Positions 38,408 through 47,685 are shown, counted from the stretch's first letter. The stretch is DNA of 64,000 nt from Promethearchaeota archaeon (GCA_030603385.1 JAUVXW010000017.1:8448-72447), one strand, 5' to 3'. The notes: generated by a model from the letters alone, not told the origin. Translations and numbers: made by a program.

Positions 38408-38541
38408 TGAATTAGATTATTCTATCAAATATTCTTATGCTTCTTCCATTTAGGAATCTATTCATAAGGAAAAAGTAAAATTAAAGGATAATACAAAATT
38501 ATTCTATTTAATGTTCCTTAAACTTTAATGAGTGAGAAATA

Positions 38542-38760
38542 TTGGATAAAAATGATAAGGATTTATTAAAATTGTCGAAATATTGTAAACACTGGGCAGA
38601 TCACAACAACTCCCATAAAGAGAGTTACTTAAAATGGCTAAATATTGCCAAGGAAAAAGGATTAGCTTCTATTGTTGAAAACTTAAATAAAGCAATTGAA
38701 ATGTTAGATAAATGTAATGAGTATTTACTTTCTGCTTATCAAGAGTTAGAAAGAGACTAG
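38542..38760 (+). CDS. Small helical protein with a Cys/His-rich N-terminal helix, function unknown
   Basis: 72 aa, TTG start, CKHWADHNNSHKE motif. Located downstream of cdhA. Coding status is unproven. Confidence 0.35.
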   Translation: MDKNDKDLLKLSKYCKHWADHNNSHKESYLKWLNIAKEKGLASIVENLNKAIEMLDKCNEYLLSAYQELERD

Positions 38761-38792
38761 TAGAGTTAATTTCTTACAGTAAAAAAAGGGAA

Positions 38793-40001
38793 TTATAGGA
38801 ATAGATTAATTAATGGTAATAATTGTTCTTTAAAATACCCTATTTTACCTTCCAATTTTTCAGGTTCTTCAGAAAGAGCCCAAAGATATACAGGAATTTG
38901 TAGATCTGAGTATTCAAATAGTTTTTCTCCTCGGATTGTAAACCCATTAAGAGGCAAATCAAGTCTTATTGATTTCTCACGAATCAAACCAATAGAGTTA
39001 TAGAAGTTGGAAAGGGTCTGTAGAAGTAGCGCGGTATTATTTATTAACATCTCATCTGTATCTGTACTGGTATAACTACCAAAAATTAACCCATCCATAG
39101 ATACTAAACTTGAGGCTTTTGCTTCTACTTGAGAGCAGAAATCTTCAAGGATATTTTCGATTATTTCAGAAGTATCAGAGACTTTCTTCAACGCAATACT
39201 AAACATTTGCATTATGGTTTCTCTTTGAAATACAGTTGTATCACAGAAATCAACTGAAAACTGCTCAAACTCATCTGAGACTTTAATAAATTTATTTTTT
39301 ATTGTAGTTACATTTTGTTGCCATTGAAGTGTTTTTCGAATATCCTGATCACTTTTGCTTATAACAATGAGAAGAGCAGGTTTTTCTTCTAAATCTACTA
39401 AAACCTTCAGAACCTCTCTGAAATAGTTTGCAGATTCCGGAAATCTATCAGGATCCTGACTGTCAATAACATAAAGTATGATGTCTGCTTCTGTGAAAAA
39501 TAATTCTGGTCTATTAAAGTAAAGCTTCTCTCTGTATTGGACTTGCCCGCCAAGGTCCCATGAAACTATCGGGTAACCGAAAAAGTCTAGCTTTTCTCTT
39601 TTTACACCCCTTGTTGGAAGTAGAGATTTAATTATTGAAAATTTATCTTGAACTACTGCTAAAATAGAAGTTTTACCGCCGTTGTCGAGTCCGATCATAA
39701 GTAATTTCTTATGTCTCCTTAATTGTTCTTGAACATTTTTCTTGATAACTTGAGTTATTTTAACCCATTTTTGTAACATCGATGGTAATACATCTTTTAT
39801 TTCAGGAAGATTAGCAACAGATATGTTTGCTAAATCTCCAATAGATTTTATACCATTTGCAAGTAATTGATCAGAGCTAACTTTATCGACACCTATTAAT
39901 GTTTCTGGTTTAAATCTCAAAATTTCTTCAAGTTCACTGATCAAAACATTACGTTTAAAGAAATCCTTTAATACAACTTTTTTACTGGTTTGATCTGACA
40001 T
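38793..40001 (-). CDS. Multidomain Arf-like small GTPase: HhH-like N-domain, G domain, roadblock/LC7-like C-domain
   Basis: G1 LMIGLDNGGKTSIL (Arf GLDxAGKT), G3 WDLGGQVQYREKLY, G4 VISKSDQ. The N-terminus LIGVDKVSSDQLLANGIKSIGDLANISVANL resembles the RadA HhH domain. The C-terminal ~140 aa (ILEDFCSQVEAKASSLVSMDGLIFGSY...) has a roadblock-like alpha/beta pattern. Confidence 0.8.
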   Translation of the reverse strand: MSDQTSKKVVLKDFFKRNVLISELEEILRFKPETLIGVDKVSSDQLLANGIKSIGDLANISVANLPEIKDVLPSMLQKWVKITQVIKKNVQEQLRRHKKLLMIGLDNGGKTSILAVVQDKFSIIKSLLPTRGVKREKLDFFGYPIVSWDLGGQVQYREKLYFNRPELFFTEADIILYVIDSQDPDRFPESANYFREVLKVLVDLEEKPALLIVISKSDQDIRKTLQWQQNVTTIKNKFIKVSDEFEQFSVDFCDTTVFQRETIMQMFSIALKKVSDTSEIIENILEDFCSQVEAKASSLVSMDGLIFGSYTSTDTDEMLINNTALLLQTLSNFYNSIGLIREKSIRLDLPLNGFTIRGEKLFEYSDLQIPVYLWALSEEPEKLEGKIGYFKEQLLPLINLFL

Positions 40002-40175
40002 TCTACATCAGAATATTTTACATTTTTCTTTATACTTTATACTTAATAAGATATTATTAAATTTTAGTAATTTTACTAATTATTTAATAATTAATTACTA
40101 TTTAAAAAATAGATTAATTGGAAAAGCACTGTAGTTGAATTCTTATAAATATGTCCTAAAGATAGTAATAATAAA

Positions 40176-41381
40176 ATGACTGAGCAAAGAATACCTGAAA
40201 ATATTGTAGTGTGCTTGGATACTTCAAGATCGATGTATAAGAAGGATTTTCCTCCTAATCGATTAACTTGTTGCACCAATGCCATTAAAATACTCATAAG
40301 TAAAAGGTTTGATTTAGATAGTTTAAGTACCTTTGCTATAATCAAATTTTCTGACAAAGCAGAAAAAATAATTGATTTTACCACCTCAACATATATCAAT
40401 AACCTTAATAAGGCGTTAGATTCTCTTAAATGTGGAGGATATTCTGCATTAGGTGATGGATTAGCTTTAGGAATCAAAACTGTTATTGCAGAATTGCGGA
40501 AAATTGGTGCTAAACCTCCAAGAATCCTCTTAATCTCTGACGGAAAAATTATGAATACTGCTGTTGATCCTTTAAAAATGGCACGATTGGCACAAGGATT
40601 AAATATTAAAATTGATACATTTTTAGTAGGAGAGATTGGCCAAGTAAATATGTTAAAAAGATTAAGTGATATTACAAAAGGCAGGTATTTTTATAATAGT
40701 GATTCTGAGAGTTTAATAAGATCGGCTCAAGAAATTGCTGATGATAATTATAAAAGGTATGGATCTAACAAGGAGGTAATAAGTGAAAATCCTGCTTTTC
40801 TGAGAAAAATTGCGGCAGATTTATTGAGAGTTCAAGATTTAACTAAAGATCAAAAACAACGGGCAAAACAAATAAGAGGAGAGGTTGATTTTAAGAAATG
40901 TTCAATCTGCTTTTCTGATAAAAATCCTTATACTAAGGGATCCTTTTATATTACAGGTCGTTATTGTCCTAATTGTACTACTCCATTCCATATACATTGT
41001 TTAGCGGGTTGGGCAGATTCTCAAAAAGATCATATAGTGAAAAGATCAGGAACAGCACGATGCCCACATTGTTTTTATTTATTAAGAATTCCAACTGAGG
41101 TTACTCAAATACAAAAATTACGCATTCTTTCTCGTGGCAATAAGGAAGAACCCGCAAAAAGACCTGAAATCCTCCCAGCAAAATATATCGAAGATGTTGC
41201 CTTACTTGGAGAGGATGCTCTGTTTAGTGCATGTCCCGTATGTCATTTAATATTTGAGAAAGGACAGCGGGCAGTTCAATGTGGTAATCTTGAATGTAAT
41301 GCACTTTATCATGAGGATTGCTTTAAAAAACTAAAAGATGGTCATTGTAGAAATTGTGATGTTAAACTCCATCTATATTAA
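40176..41381 (+). CDS. vWA-domain protein with two C-terminal C4HC3 (RING-variant/PHD-like) zinc fingers
   Basis: MIDAS motif VVCLDTSRSMY (DxSxS). Finger 1: CSIC-x18-CPNC-x4-H-x2-C-x20-CPHC, with an FHxxCLxxW RING-H2-like core. Finger 2: CPVC-x12-C-x4-C-x4-H-x2-C-x8-CRNC. Confidence 0.75.
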   Translation: MTEQRIPENIVVCLDTSRSMYKKDFPPNRLTCCTNAIKILISKRFDLDSLSTFAIIKFSDKAEKIIDFTTSTYINNLNKALDSLKCGGYSALGDGLALGIKTVIAELRKIGAKPPRILLISDGKIMNTAVDPLKMARLAQGLNIKIDTFLVGEIGQVNMLKRLSDITKGRYFYNSDSESLIRSAQEIADDNYKRYGSNKEVISENPAFLRKIAADLLRVQDLTKDQKQRAKQIRGEVDFKKCSICFSDKNPYTKGSFYITGRYCPNCTTPFHIHCLAGWADSQKDHIVKRSGTARCPHCFYLLRIPTEVTQIQKLRILSRGNKEEPAKRPEILPAKYIEDVALLGEDALFSACPVCHLIFEKGQRAVQCGNLECNALYHEDCFKKLKDGHCRNCDVKLHLY

Positions 41382-41388
41382 TTAAAAT

Positions 41389-41682
41389 TTGTATTCGATC
41401 AATATGAATGATATGAATAATAATGTACGGAATCAGATAGGTGTTGCTGCCTATTATCTTGCTCAAAGGAATTATTCTTATGATGTAGTCTGTTGGATGC
41501 TTGCCGAGAGACAATTGTTTGCTCAGAAAGATCCGAGATATGCAGAAAAGCAAAGAATTAGAGAAAAAGCGGCAGAAATCTTTTTTTCAAAACAACCCTA
41601 TGATATTATCTGTTGGTATATCGCGGAACTTGATATTTTATTAAAGATTAAAAAATCGAGAAAACCTAAAGTTTCCTTTTAG
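41389..41682 (+). CDS. Small protein with an internal duplication, function unknown
   Basis: Two related segments: IGVAAYYLAQRNYSYDVVCWMLAERQLF and IREKAAEIFFSKQPYDIICWYIAELDIL. TTG start; an ATG lies a few codons in. Confidence 0.4.
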   Translation: MYSINMNDMNNNVRNQIGVAAYYLAQRNYSYDVVCWMLAERQLFAQKDPRYAEKQRIREKAAEIFFSKQPYDIICWYIAELDILLKIKKSRKPKVSF

Positions 41683-41735
41683 CTGTTAAGTCTTATTTTA
41701 AAATAATTTGGACAAAAGATTTATACGAAAGAACT

Positions 41736-42614
41736 ATGAGCGAACTTAAATTTTATAATTATGGAGATATTAAAGTAGGAAGAGGAGATTTTGAACTACC
41801 TCCCCTATTAATAGGAACTCTTTTTTATCAAGGTCAGTCTTTTGTTAATAGAAAAAATAGTGAAATATTCGATGAGAGGAAGGCACTTAAGCGAATAAAC
41901 ACACAAGTAGCCTTATCAAAACAATATAAAATTCCTAATCTAATTGAAATTTCAGCAACTACACCCAAAGCTATGGTCAAATATTTAGAATTTTATTTAG
42001 GTAATTTTGATCCTCCTTTTGTTTTAGGAGGGAATTTTGAATCTAGAGTTGCTGGGATCGAATACTTATCAGAACATGGGATTAAACCTGATCAATACAT
42101 ATATAATACTATTTCAAATCTCAAAAATAAACAAGAATTAGAGATTCTGCAAAAATATAAAATTCAATCTACTGTTGTTTTGATACTTGGCTCAGAAAAT
42201 ATGACATCTACTCAGAGATATGAATACATAACTGGAAAAAACCAACCTAATAATGTAAGCATATTAGAGGGATTAAAACGTTTAGGAATTGAAAAAGTTT
42301 GGATTGATGGCGGTGTAATTAATTTAGAAAGCTTAACTCATGTATTAGAAACGCAGCAATTAGTTAGTACAGCATTACAGCTTCCGGTAGGCACAGCTCC
42401 GAATCTTTTTCTTTTTCAGTATTCCTCACCACGTTTGAATATTAAATTCCATACACGTTATAGACGGGCTAGTATTATGTTTATTGCCACATGGTACTCT
42501 AATTTTATTTTTTATGGGGCAATTGAAGATGCAGAAGAATCATTCTCTTCAGCATATCAATCACTAGAATTTAAAAAAATTGTTAGATGTCGAAATATGA
42601 AATTTTTTACTTAA
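41736..42614 (+). CDS. MtrH-like (tetrahydromethanopterin S-methyltransferase subunit H family) methyltransferase
   Basis: The N-terminus F..YGDIKVGRGDFELPPLLIGTLFYQG...FDERKA parallels the MtrH pattern F..e.qv.eigGvkiGGqpGe.ptvLigsiFy.g...FDk..A. The size (292 aa) fits. Confidence 0.65.
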   Translation: MSELKFYNYGDIKVGRGDFELPPLLIGTLFYQGQSFVNRKNSEIFDERKALKRINTQVALSKQYKIPNLIEISATTPKAMVKYLEFYLGNFDPPFVLGGNFESRVAGIEYLSEHGIKPDQYIYNTISNLKNKQELEILQKYKIQSTVVLILGSENMTSTQRYEYITGKNQPNNVSILEGLKRLGIEKVWIDGGVINLESLTHVLETQQLVSTALQLPVGTAPNLFLFQYSSPRLNIKFHTRYRRASIMFIATWYSNFIFYGAIEDAEESFSSAYQSLEFKKIVRCRNMKFFT

Positions 42615-42725
42615 TATATTACTCTTTTCTTGCCGGATTTATCAGTAATGAAGGAAAAAATGTAAAAAATATAATAAAAAGCTATTAATACTAAGGTTTT
42701 AATATTTTAATTAAGTCTATACAAT

Positions 42726-43904
42726 TTGGATATTAAAATTCTTTTATACTTTATTTGGAGAGAAATTATGATCGGAGAAGATAGAGAAGGTAAAGAAATT
42801 GAAGCGATACAATTAATAGATATGGCTGAAAACTTAGTTGATAAAAATGAAGGAGAAGAAGCTATTAATTTTTATGAAAAAGCGGCTCAAATTTATATAG
42901 ATCTCGGGAGTTACATAAAAATAGATGAACTATATGTAAGAATTACCCAAATAATCGCACAATTTAAAAGTAATATTCAAGCTACCTATAGATTGAAATC
43001 TATTATTAGAAAGACTGAAGAATTAAAACTATATGAAGTTTCAGCAAAACTATTAATCCAATTGGGAAATATATCCTATAAAATGCGAGATTGGGAGACT
43101 GCTGGAGAATGTTGGAGGAAAACCTCAGAATATTTATATGAGGATGATCCTGAAGAATTCAACAGTTTAAGCTCAATCTTCTTATTAAAAGCTGGTCAAG
43201 CTTTTGAACGTTCAAGGATAAAAAAGAACGTGGGTAAAAATTTAATCTTAAAAGCAGTAATGAAAATAAATAAATTTGATGAACTATACGAACAGGAGGA
43301 AAAAGAAGCATTAAATCTCTTATCAAGAAAAGATTTTGAATCTTCTGCCACAAAATTCAACGACATAGCTAATTATTTTAAAAAAGCATTGGAAAATTTA
43401 GGAGATTTTATAGATGAGGAAAAATCGAAGGATACAATGCTTAACGCAAAAGCTCGAGTTATCCATTTTATTGCTGAATATCAAACTATTGCTGCATTAT
43501 GTTTAAGGGCATCTGAAAACCGTGATTATAATGAAAAAATTAAAGAACTTGGAACGGATTCTCTTCAACGGTTCAAAGAATCTATTTCTCTTCTTAAATC
43601 TTATCTACATCCTCAAGTTTCGGATTTTGATCATGAAATAATATTAAGAATAACATTTGATACAATGTTTATAGCAATTATCCAAGGAATGTTAGGAGCT
43701 TATCAACTAAATCCAACTGAATTTTTATTGGAAAACATTGAAGAGAACAAAAAATTAGCTAAAGAACTAAAGAATTCCCCTTATTTTAAAATTACGAAAC
43801 GAATTGAAAAAGTGGGTATTATAGAAGTTTTTGATGACCTCTTAAAGCTCAATTTAGGGCATTTTGAAAATATAAAAAACACATTAATTACGTATTTTAA
43901 ATAA
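42726..43904 (+). CDS. All-helical TPR-like repeat protein, function unknown
   Basis: Repeated helix-hairpin segments of the A..Y.KAA..Y type (EEAINFYEKAAQIYIDLGSY; WETAGECWRKTSEYLYE; FLLKAGQAFERS). The likely start is the ATG at 42768. Confidence 0.45.
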   Translation: MDIKILLYFIWREIMIGEDREGKEIEAIQLIDMAENLVDKNEGEEAINFYEKAAQIYIDLGSYIKIDELYVRITQIIAQFKSNIQATYRLKSIIRKTEELKLYEVSAKLLIQLGNISYKMRDWETAGECWRKTSEYLYEDDPEEFNSLSSIFLLKAGQAFERSRIKKNVGKNLILKAVMKINKFDELYEQEEKEALNLLSRKDFESSATKFNDIANYFKKALENLGDFIDEEKSKDTMLNAKARVIHFIAEYQTIAALCLRASENRDYNEKIKELGTDSLQRFKESISLLKSYLHPQVSDFDHEIILRITFDTMFIAIIQGMLGAYQLNPTEFLLENIEENKKLAKELKNSPYFKITKRIEKVGIIEVFDDLLKLNLGHFENIKNTLITYFK

Positions 43905-43930
43905 CATGATATTTTTCTAAATTATCATGT
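43904..43930 (+). terminator. Hairpin immediately after the stop codon
   Basis: ACATGATA (43904-43911), an 11-nt T-rich loop, TATCATGT (43923-43930). Confidence 0.3.
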
Positions 43931-44156
43931 AATTACTCAGACTCTCATCCTCTAAAGAAGTTTTTTTGAGCTATGTAGAAACAACAAAGTTTAAAAATCC
44001 TCATCTATATAATTTATTTAATTAAATAGAAAGAGAATTTAAAAAAAAATTTCTCAAAGCTTTTTCTGTTCTATTAGTTGTATTTGGTTCAAATATCAGA
44101 TAGAGGGGATTAGGCTAACTATAATAAAATACAACTATGTTTAGGGGATATAAACT

Positions 44157-45740
44157 TTGAAAATTCTATATGTAAATCCTGCAAGGCTTACTTCTGGACT
44201 TGATGCAATAATTAAAGGGCCTCCTATGAATCTTATATCGATTGCAGCAATGGTTCCAGAGCATGATGCAAAATTATTTGATTTTAAGGTTCAAAAATAT
44301 AAAGAAAACAGATTTCGTTCATTATTGAATAAATCAGATATTGTTGCTATTACTTCCATGACGCCACAAATCTCTCACGCTTTTGAAGTAGCTGAGATGG
44401 CTAAAAAGCAAGGGTGTACCACAATTGTGGGGGGATACCATCCAACCTTAGCACCTGATTATGTAGCAAAGCATCCTGCAGTTGATTATATAATACGAGG
44501 CGAAGGGGAATATTCATTTCAAGAGTTAGTACAATATCTTGAAAGTAATGAAAATCGAAATCTACTAAAAAATATCGATGGAGTTTCATACAAAAATAAG
44601 GAAGGAAAAGTAATACATAATAAAGATCGAAGGCTAGAACTCAATTTAGATAACTTTCCTATGCCTCGTAGAGATCTTTTAGATGATAAAAAATATGTTT
44701 ATTTAGGAGCGCAAGTTGCCCAACTGGAAACTTCACGCGGGTGTCCTCATAATTGTAAGTTCTGTTGTATCATAAAAATGTGGAGGAATTCAGATGGTCG
44801 TGTTACTTATCGAACAAAATCAACAAAAAGAATTCTGAGGGAAATCTATGATATCGATTGGAAAAACGATTTCATCTTTTTCTGTGAAGATAATTTTACA
44901 ATTAAGATAAAACGTACAAAAGAAATTCTTGAAACGATAATTCGCTCGGGAGTTCCAAACAAGATTCATTTTACTTGCCAATCTCGAGTTGATTCGTTAT
45001 ACCGAAACCCATGGTTAATTGATTTAATGCATAAAGCAGGTATGAGACAAGTTTTCCTTGGTATTGAATCAGTTCATCAACAAAGTCTGGATGCGATGAA
45101 CAAACAAAATACCACACCAGAAATGGCACGAAAAGTGGTATCTATGCTACAAGATCGTGGAATCTCGATTTTTGGGGGGGTAATCATTGGTTTTCCTGGA
45201 GAAACTAAAACGATGGTAAGACAAACCATTCAATTTGCACGATCGCTTAATATGACATTTGTGCAATTCACCCCTATAACAGCATTTCCCGGAACCGATT
45301 TTTATAATGAAATGAAAGAAAAAAATATGATTACCAGTAATAATTATAAACATTATGATTTATTTCATCCAATGATGAGGACTGAGCAACTATCTAGTAG
45401 AGACATGTATCGATTAGTCGCAGAAGCATATTCTGCTTATTACCTTAGTAAAGGTTGGTTTCAAACACTTATAAAAAGATATACTAATCCTTTTGGAGAA
45501 TTCAATTGGATGATAGGAAATATACCTCGATTCGCTAAAACCGTGATTGTAAGCGGATTAGATATGCTTCATTCAATGGGAATGACGAAATCAATAATTT
45601 CTGATGAAATGAGAGAATTCATGGCACAAGGAGAGGCAATCAAACCTTTGACTATAAATAAGCCTGAAAAAATTGGAGAGGAAAAAGAGACTACTATAAT
45701 AGTTAAAAAGTCAATAAAATCAGTAAAAATTTCCAATTAA
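44157..45740 (+). CDS. B12-binding-domain (class B) radical SAM enzyme
   Basis: N-terminal cobalamin-binding-like domain (KILYVNPA...VAITSMTPQ...GGYHPT). Radical SAM core ETSRGCPHNCKFCC (Cx3Cx2C). Confidence 0.85.
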   Translation: MKILYVNPARLTSGLDAIIKGPPMNLISIAAMVPEHDAKLFDFKVQKYKENRFRSLLNKSDIVAITSMTPQISHAFEVAEMAKKQGCTTIVGGYHPTLAPDYVAKHPAVDYIIRGEGEYSFQELVQYLESNENRNLLKNIDGVSYKNKEGKVIHNKDRRLELNLDNFPMPRRDLLDDKKYVYLGAQVAQLETSRGCPHNCKFCCIIKMWRNSDGRVTYRTKSTKRILREIYDIDWKNDFIFFCEDNFTIKIKRTKEILETIIRSGVPNKIHFTCQSRVDSLYRNPWLIDLMHKAGMRQVFLGIESVHQQSLDAMNKQNTTPEMARKVVSMLQDRGISIFGGVIIGFPGETKTMVRQTIQFARSLNMTFVQFTPITAFPGTDFYNEMKEKNMITSNNYKHYDLFHPMMRTEQLSSRDMYRLVAEAYSAYYLSKGWFQTLIKRYTNPFGEFNWMIGNIPRFAKTVIVSGLDMLHSMGMTKSIISDEMREFMAQGEAIKPLTINKPEKIGEEKETTIIVKKSIKSVKISN

Positions 45741-45927
45741 TTTCTATAGTTTTTCTTGAATAAGGTTTATTTTGTTTGAATGCCTCATCCTGAATGGCTT
45801 CAAATACAATATCACCAGCACTATGATATTTACGTTTTTGTCTTTATAATTGATAATTTATTATCTATTATTTTAAATTTAAGAATTTCTAATTAAAACT
45901 AAATTAAATAATGGAAAAAAATAGAAC

Positions 45928-47148
45928 ATGAATATAAAACTGACTAAGAAATCTAAACCTCTAATACTAACCGTTGTTTCAATTTCACTTTTATTTTCAC
46001 TAACAGTATGGTTTTCTCCTAATGCTATCACACCTCAATTAATTAATCTTTGGAATCTTAACAATTTAGATCTTGCGATTTTAAGCATGATTTTAATAAT
46101 CGGTTTTGTATTGGGAGGAATTGTTTATTCTGTATTCAATTTACCTGATTTAATAAAGACACCCACTTTTTTTAGTTTAAATGCATTCTTGGCAGCATTA
46201 GGGAACTTTTTTGCAGCTCTCTCTCCAAATTTCCTCACTTTTATCGTTTTTCGATTTTTAACAGGCTTCTTTTTGGCAGGAGTATATCCAACCTCAATGA
46301 AATTAATTTCTTCATGGTATAAAAGGAATCGAGGTTTAGCGATCGGAATATTATTAGGAGCTTTAACTGCGGGTTCGGGATTACCTTATTTATTTAATTT
46401 AACTGGACTTCCAAATTGGCGCATGGTATTAAGCTTATCATCTCTTTTAGCATTAATTGGTTCTGTTTCAATATATCTTTTTATTCAAGAAGGACCTCAT
46501 ATATCACGTGGAGCTAAATTTCAATTTTCAAACTTAAAAGAGATTTTAGGGAAAAAATCAACGCGGCTAGCCAACTTTTCATATTTTGGACATATGTGGG
46601 AACTTTATGCTTTTTGGGTCTGGATACCTAAATTTTTGCAAGAAGTACATTCTCACACCAGTCCTGGTATAGATGTGAACTTATATTTTTCTCTTGGAAC
46701 TTTCTTAATATTTTTTAGTGGAGCTCTAGGGAACGTGATTGGAGGTAAAATTGCTGACCTTATTGGAAGGACTAAATTTAATATTATTATGCTTATCATT
46801 AGTGGTTCAAGCTCGTTAATAATTGGTTTTTTCTTAAATAATGCAATTTTAGCATTAGTTATAGCGATCATTTGGGGGCTTACTATAGTTCCAGATTCAC
46901 CTCAATATTCTGCTATGATATCGGAATTATCAGACCCCGCATATATAGGAACTGCTTTAACAATTCAAACAACATTTGGTTTTGCCATAACAAATATAAC
47001 AATTTGGTTGTTACCCGTAATAGTTGATTCAACCAGCTGGATCTTTGGATTTGGATTTCTAGTTTTAGGCCCACTAATTGGAATTCTTTCACTAATTAAA
47101 TTGAGAAAAGAACCTGATTCTGTACAAATTGCTCAAGGAAAAAAATGA
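45928..47148 (+). CDS. MFS transporter
   Basis: 406 aa with about 12 TM helices. The loop 2-3 motif is like FRFLTGFFLAGVYP (MFS signature region). Confidence 0.8.
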   Translation: MNIKLTKKSKPLILTVVSISLLFSLTVWFSPNAITPQLINLWNLNNLDLAILSMILIIGFVLGGIVYSVFNLPDLIKTPTFFSLNAFLAALGNFFAALSPNFLTFIVFRFLTGFFLAGVYPTSMKLISSWYKRNRGLAIGILLGALTAGSGLPYLFNLTGLPNWRMVLSLSSLLALIGSVSIYLFIQEGPHISRGAKFQFSNLKEILGKKSTRLANFSYFGHMWELYAFWVWIPKFLQEVHSHTSPGIDVNLYFSLGTFLIFFSGALGNVIGGKIADLIGRTKFNIIMLIISGSSSLIIGFFLNNAILALVIAIIWGLTIVPDSPQYSAMISELSDPAYIGTALTIQTTFGFAITNITIWLLPVIVDSTSWIFGFGFLVLGPLIGILSLIKLRKEPDSVQIAQGKK

Positions 47149-47166
47149 AATATGACAAATACCTTT

Positions 47167-47685
47167 TTATAAATCATTTAAAATTTTATCTATAATTTTT
47201 TTTAGCTTATTTGCTAACCTTGGATTTGTCCTTCCACAAGTTTCTAAAATAATTAAGCCTTGTTTAGCATAGTTCCTTTGTTTTTCAACATTCCACTCAG
47301 GTAATTTCATATCCATAAGATTATCTATCCGATCAGCCATTTTTATCAATTTAGCTTCTTTTGAAGAAGTGTCAAATGCTCTCAACCATTCTTCTTTACT
47401 AATATTTTCTGGTTTTGATAATTCCTTCACAATTGAAGCTACATCAGTTCCAAATTCTGTTTTTAATTCTTCAAATGTTAAATCAGTATCTTCTAAGAGA
47501 TCGTGAAACAATGCTGCTATTATCAAACCTTTATCCTTGGATTCAGAAAAACCAGCAGCTCGTAAAATCATAGCAACTCGAATTGGATGAACTACAAAAG
47601 GTACATCTGCGGATTTCCGTTTTAAACTACCATATTTTAGAAAAGCAAAATTTATTGCTTCCCACAATTTTTCAAATTCTCTCAT
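47167..47685 (-). CDS. HD-domain (RelA/SpoT-type, Mesh1-like) phosphohydrolase
   Basis: VPFVVHPIRVAMIL, AALFHDLLEDT, FGTDVASIVKELSK and IKMADRIDNL correspond to the HD_4 (p)ppGpp-hydrolase blocks. Confidence 0.7.
   Translation of the reverse strand: MREFEKLWEAINFAFLKYGSLKRKSADVPFVVHPIRVAMILRAAGFSESKDKGLIIAALFHDLLEDTDLTFEELKTEFGTDVASIVKELSKPENISKEEWLRAFDTSSKEAKLIKMADRIDNLMDMKLPEWNVEKQRNYAKQGLIILETCGRTNPRLANKLKKIIDKILNDL

Noticed and set aside
38542-38760. Identity as the CODH epsilon subunit (cdhB)
   Set aside because: CdhB is about 170 aa. This ORF is 72 aa with no resemblance I can recognise.
40091-40477. 128-aa minus-strand ORF overlapping the start of the vWA gene
   Set aside because: The plus-strand frame carries a clear MIDAS/vWA signature. 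The minus-strand ORF has no motif and would eliminate the divergent promoter region.
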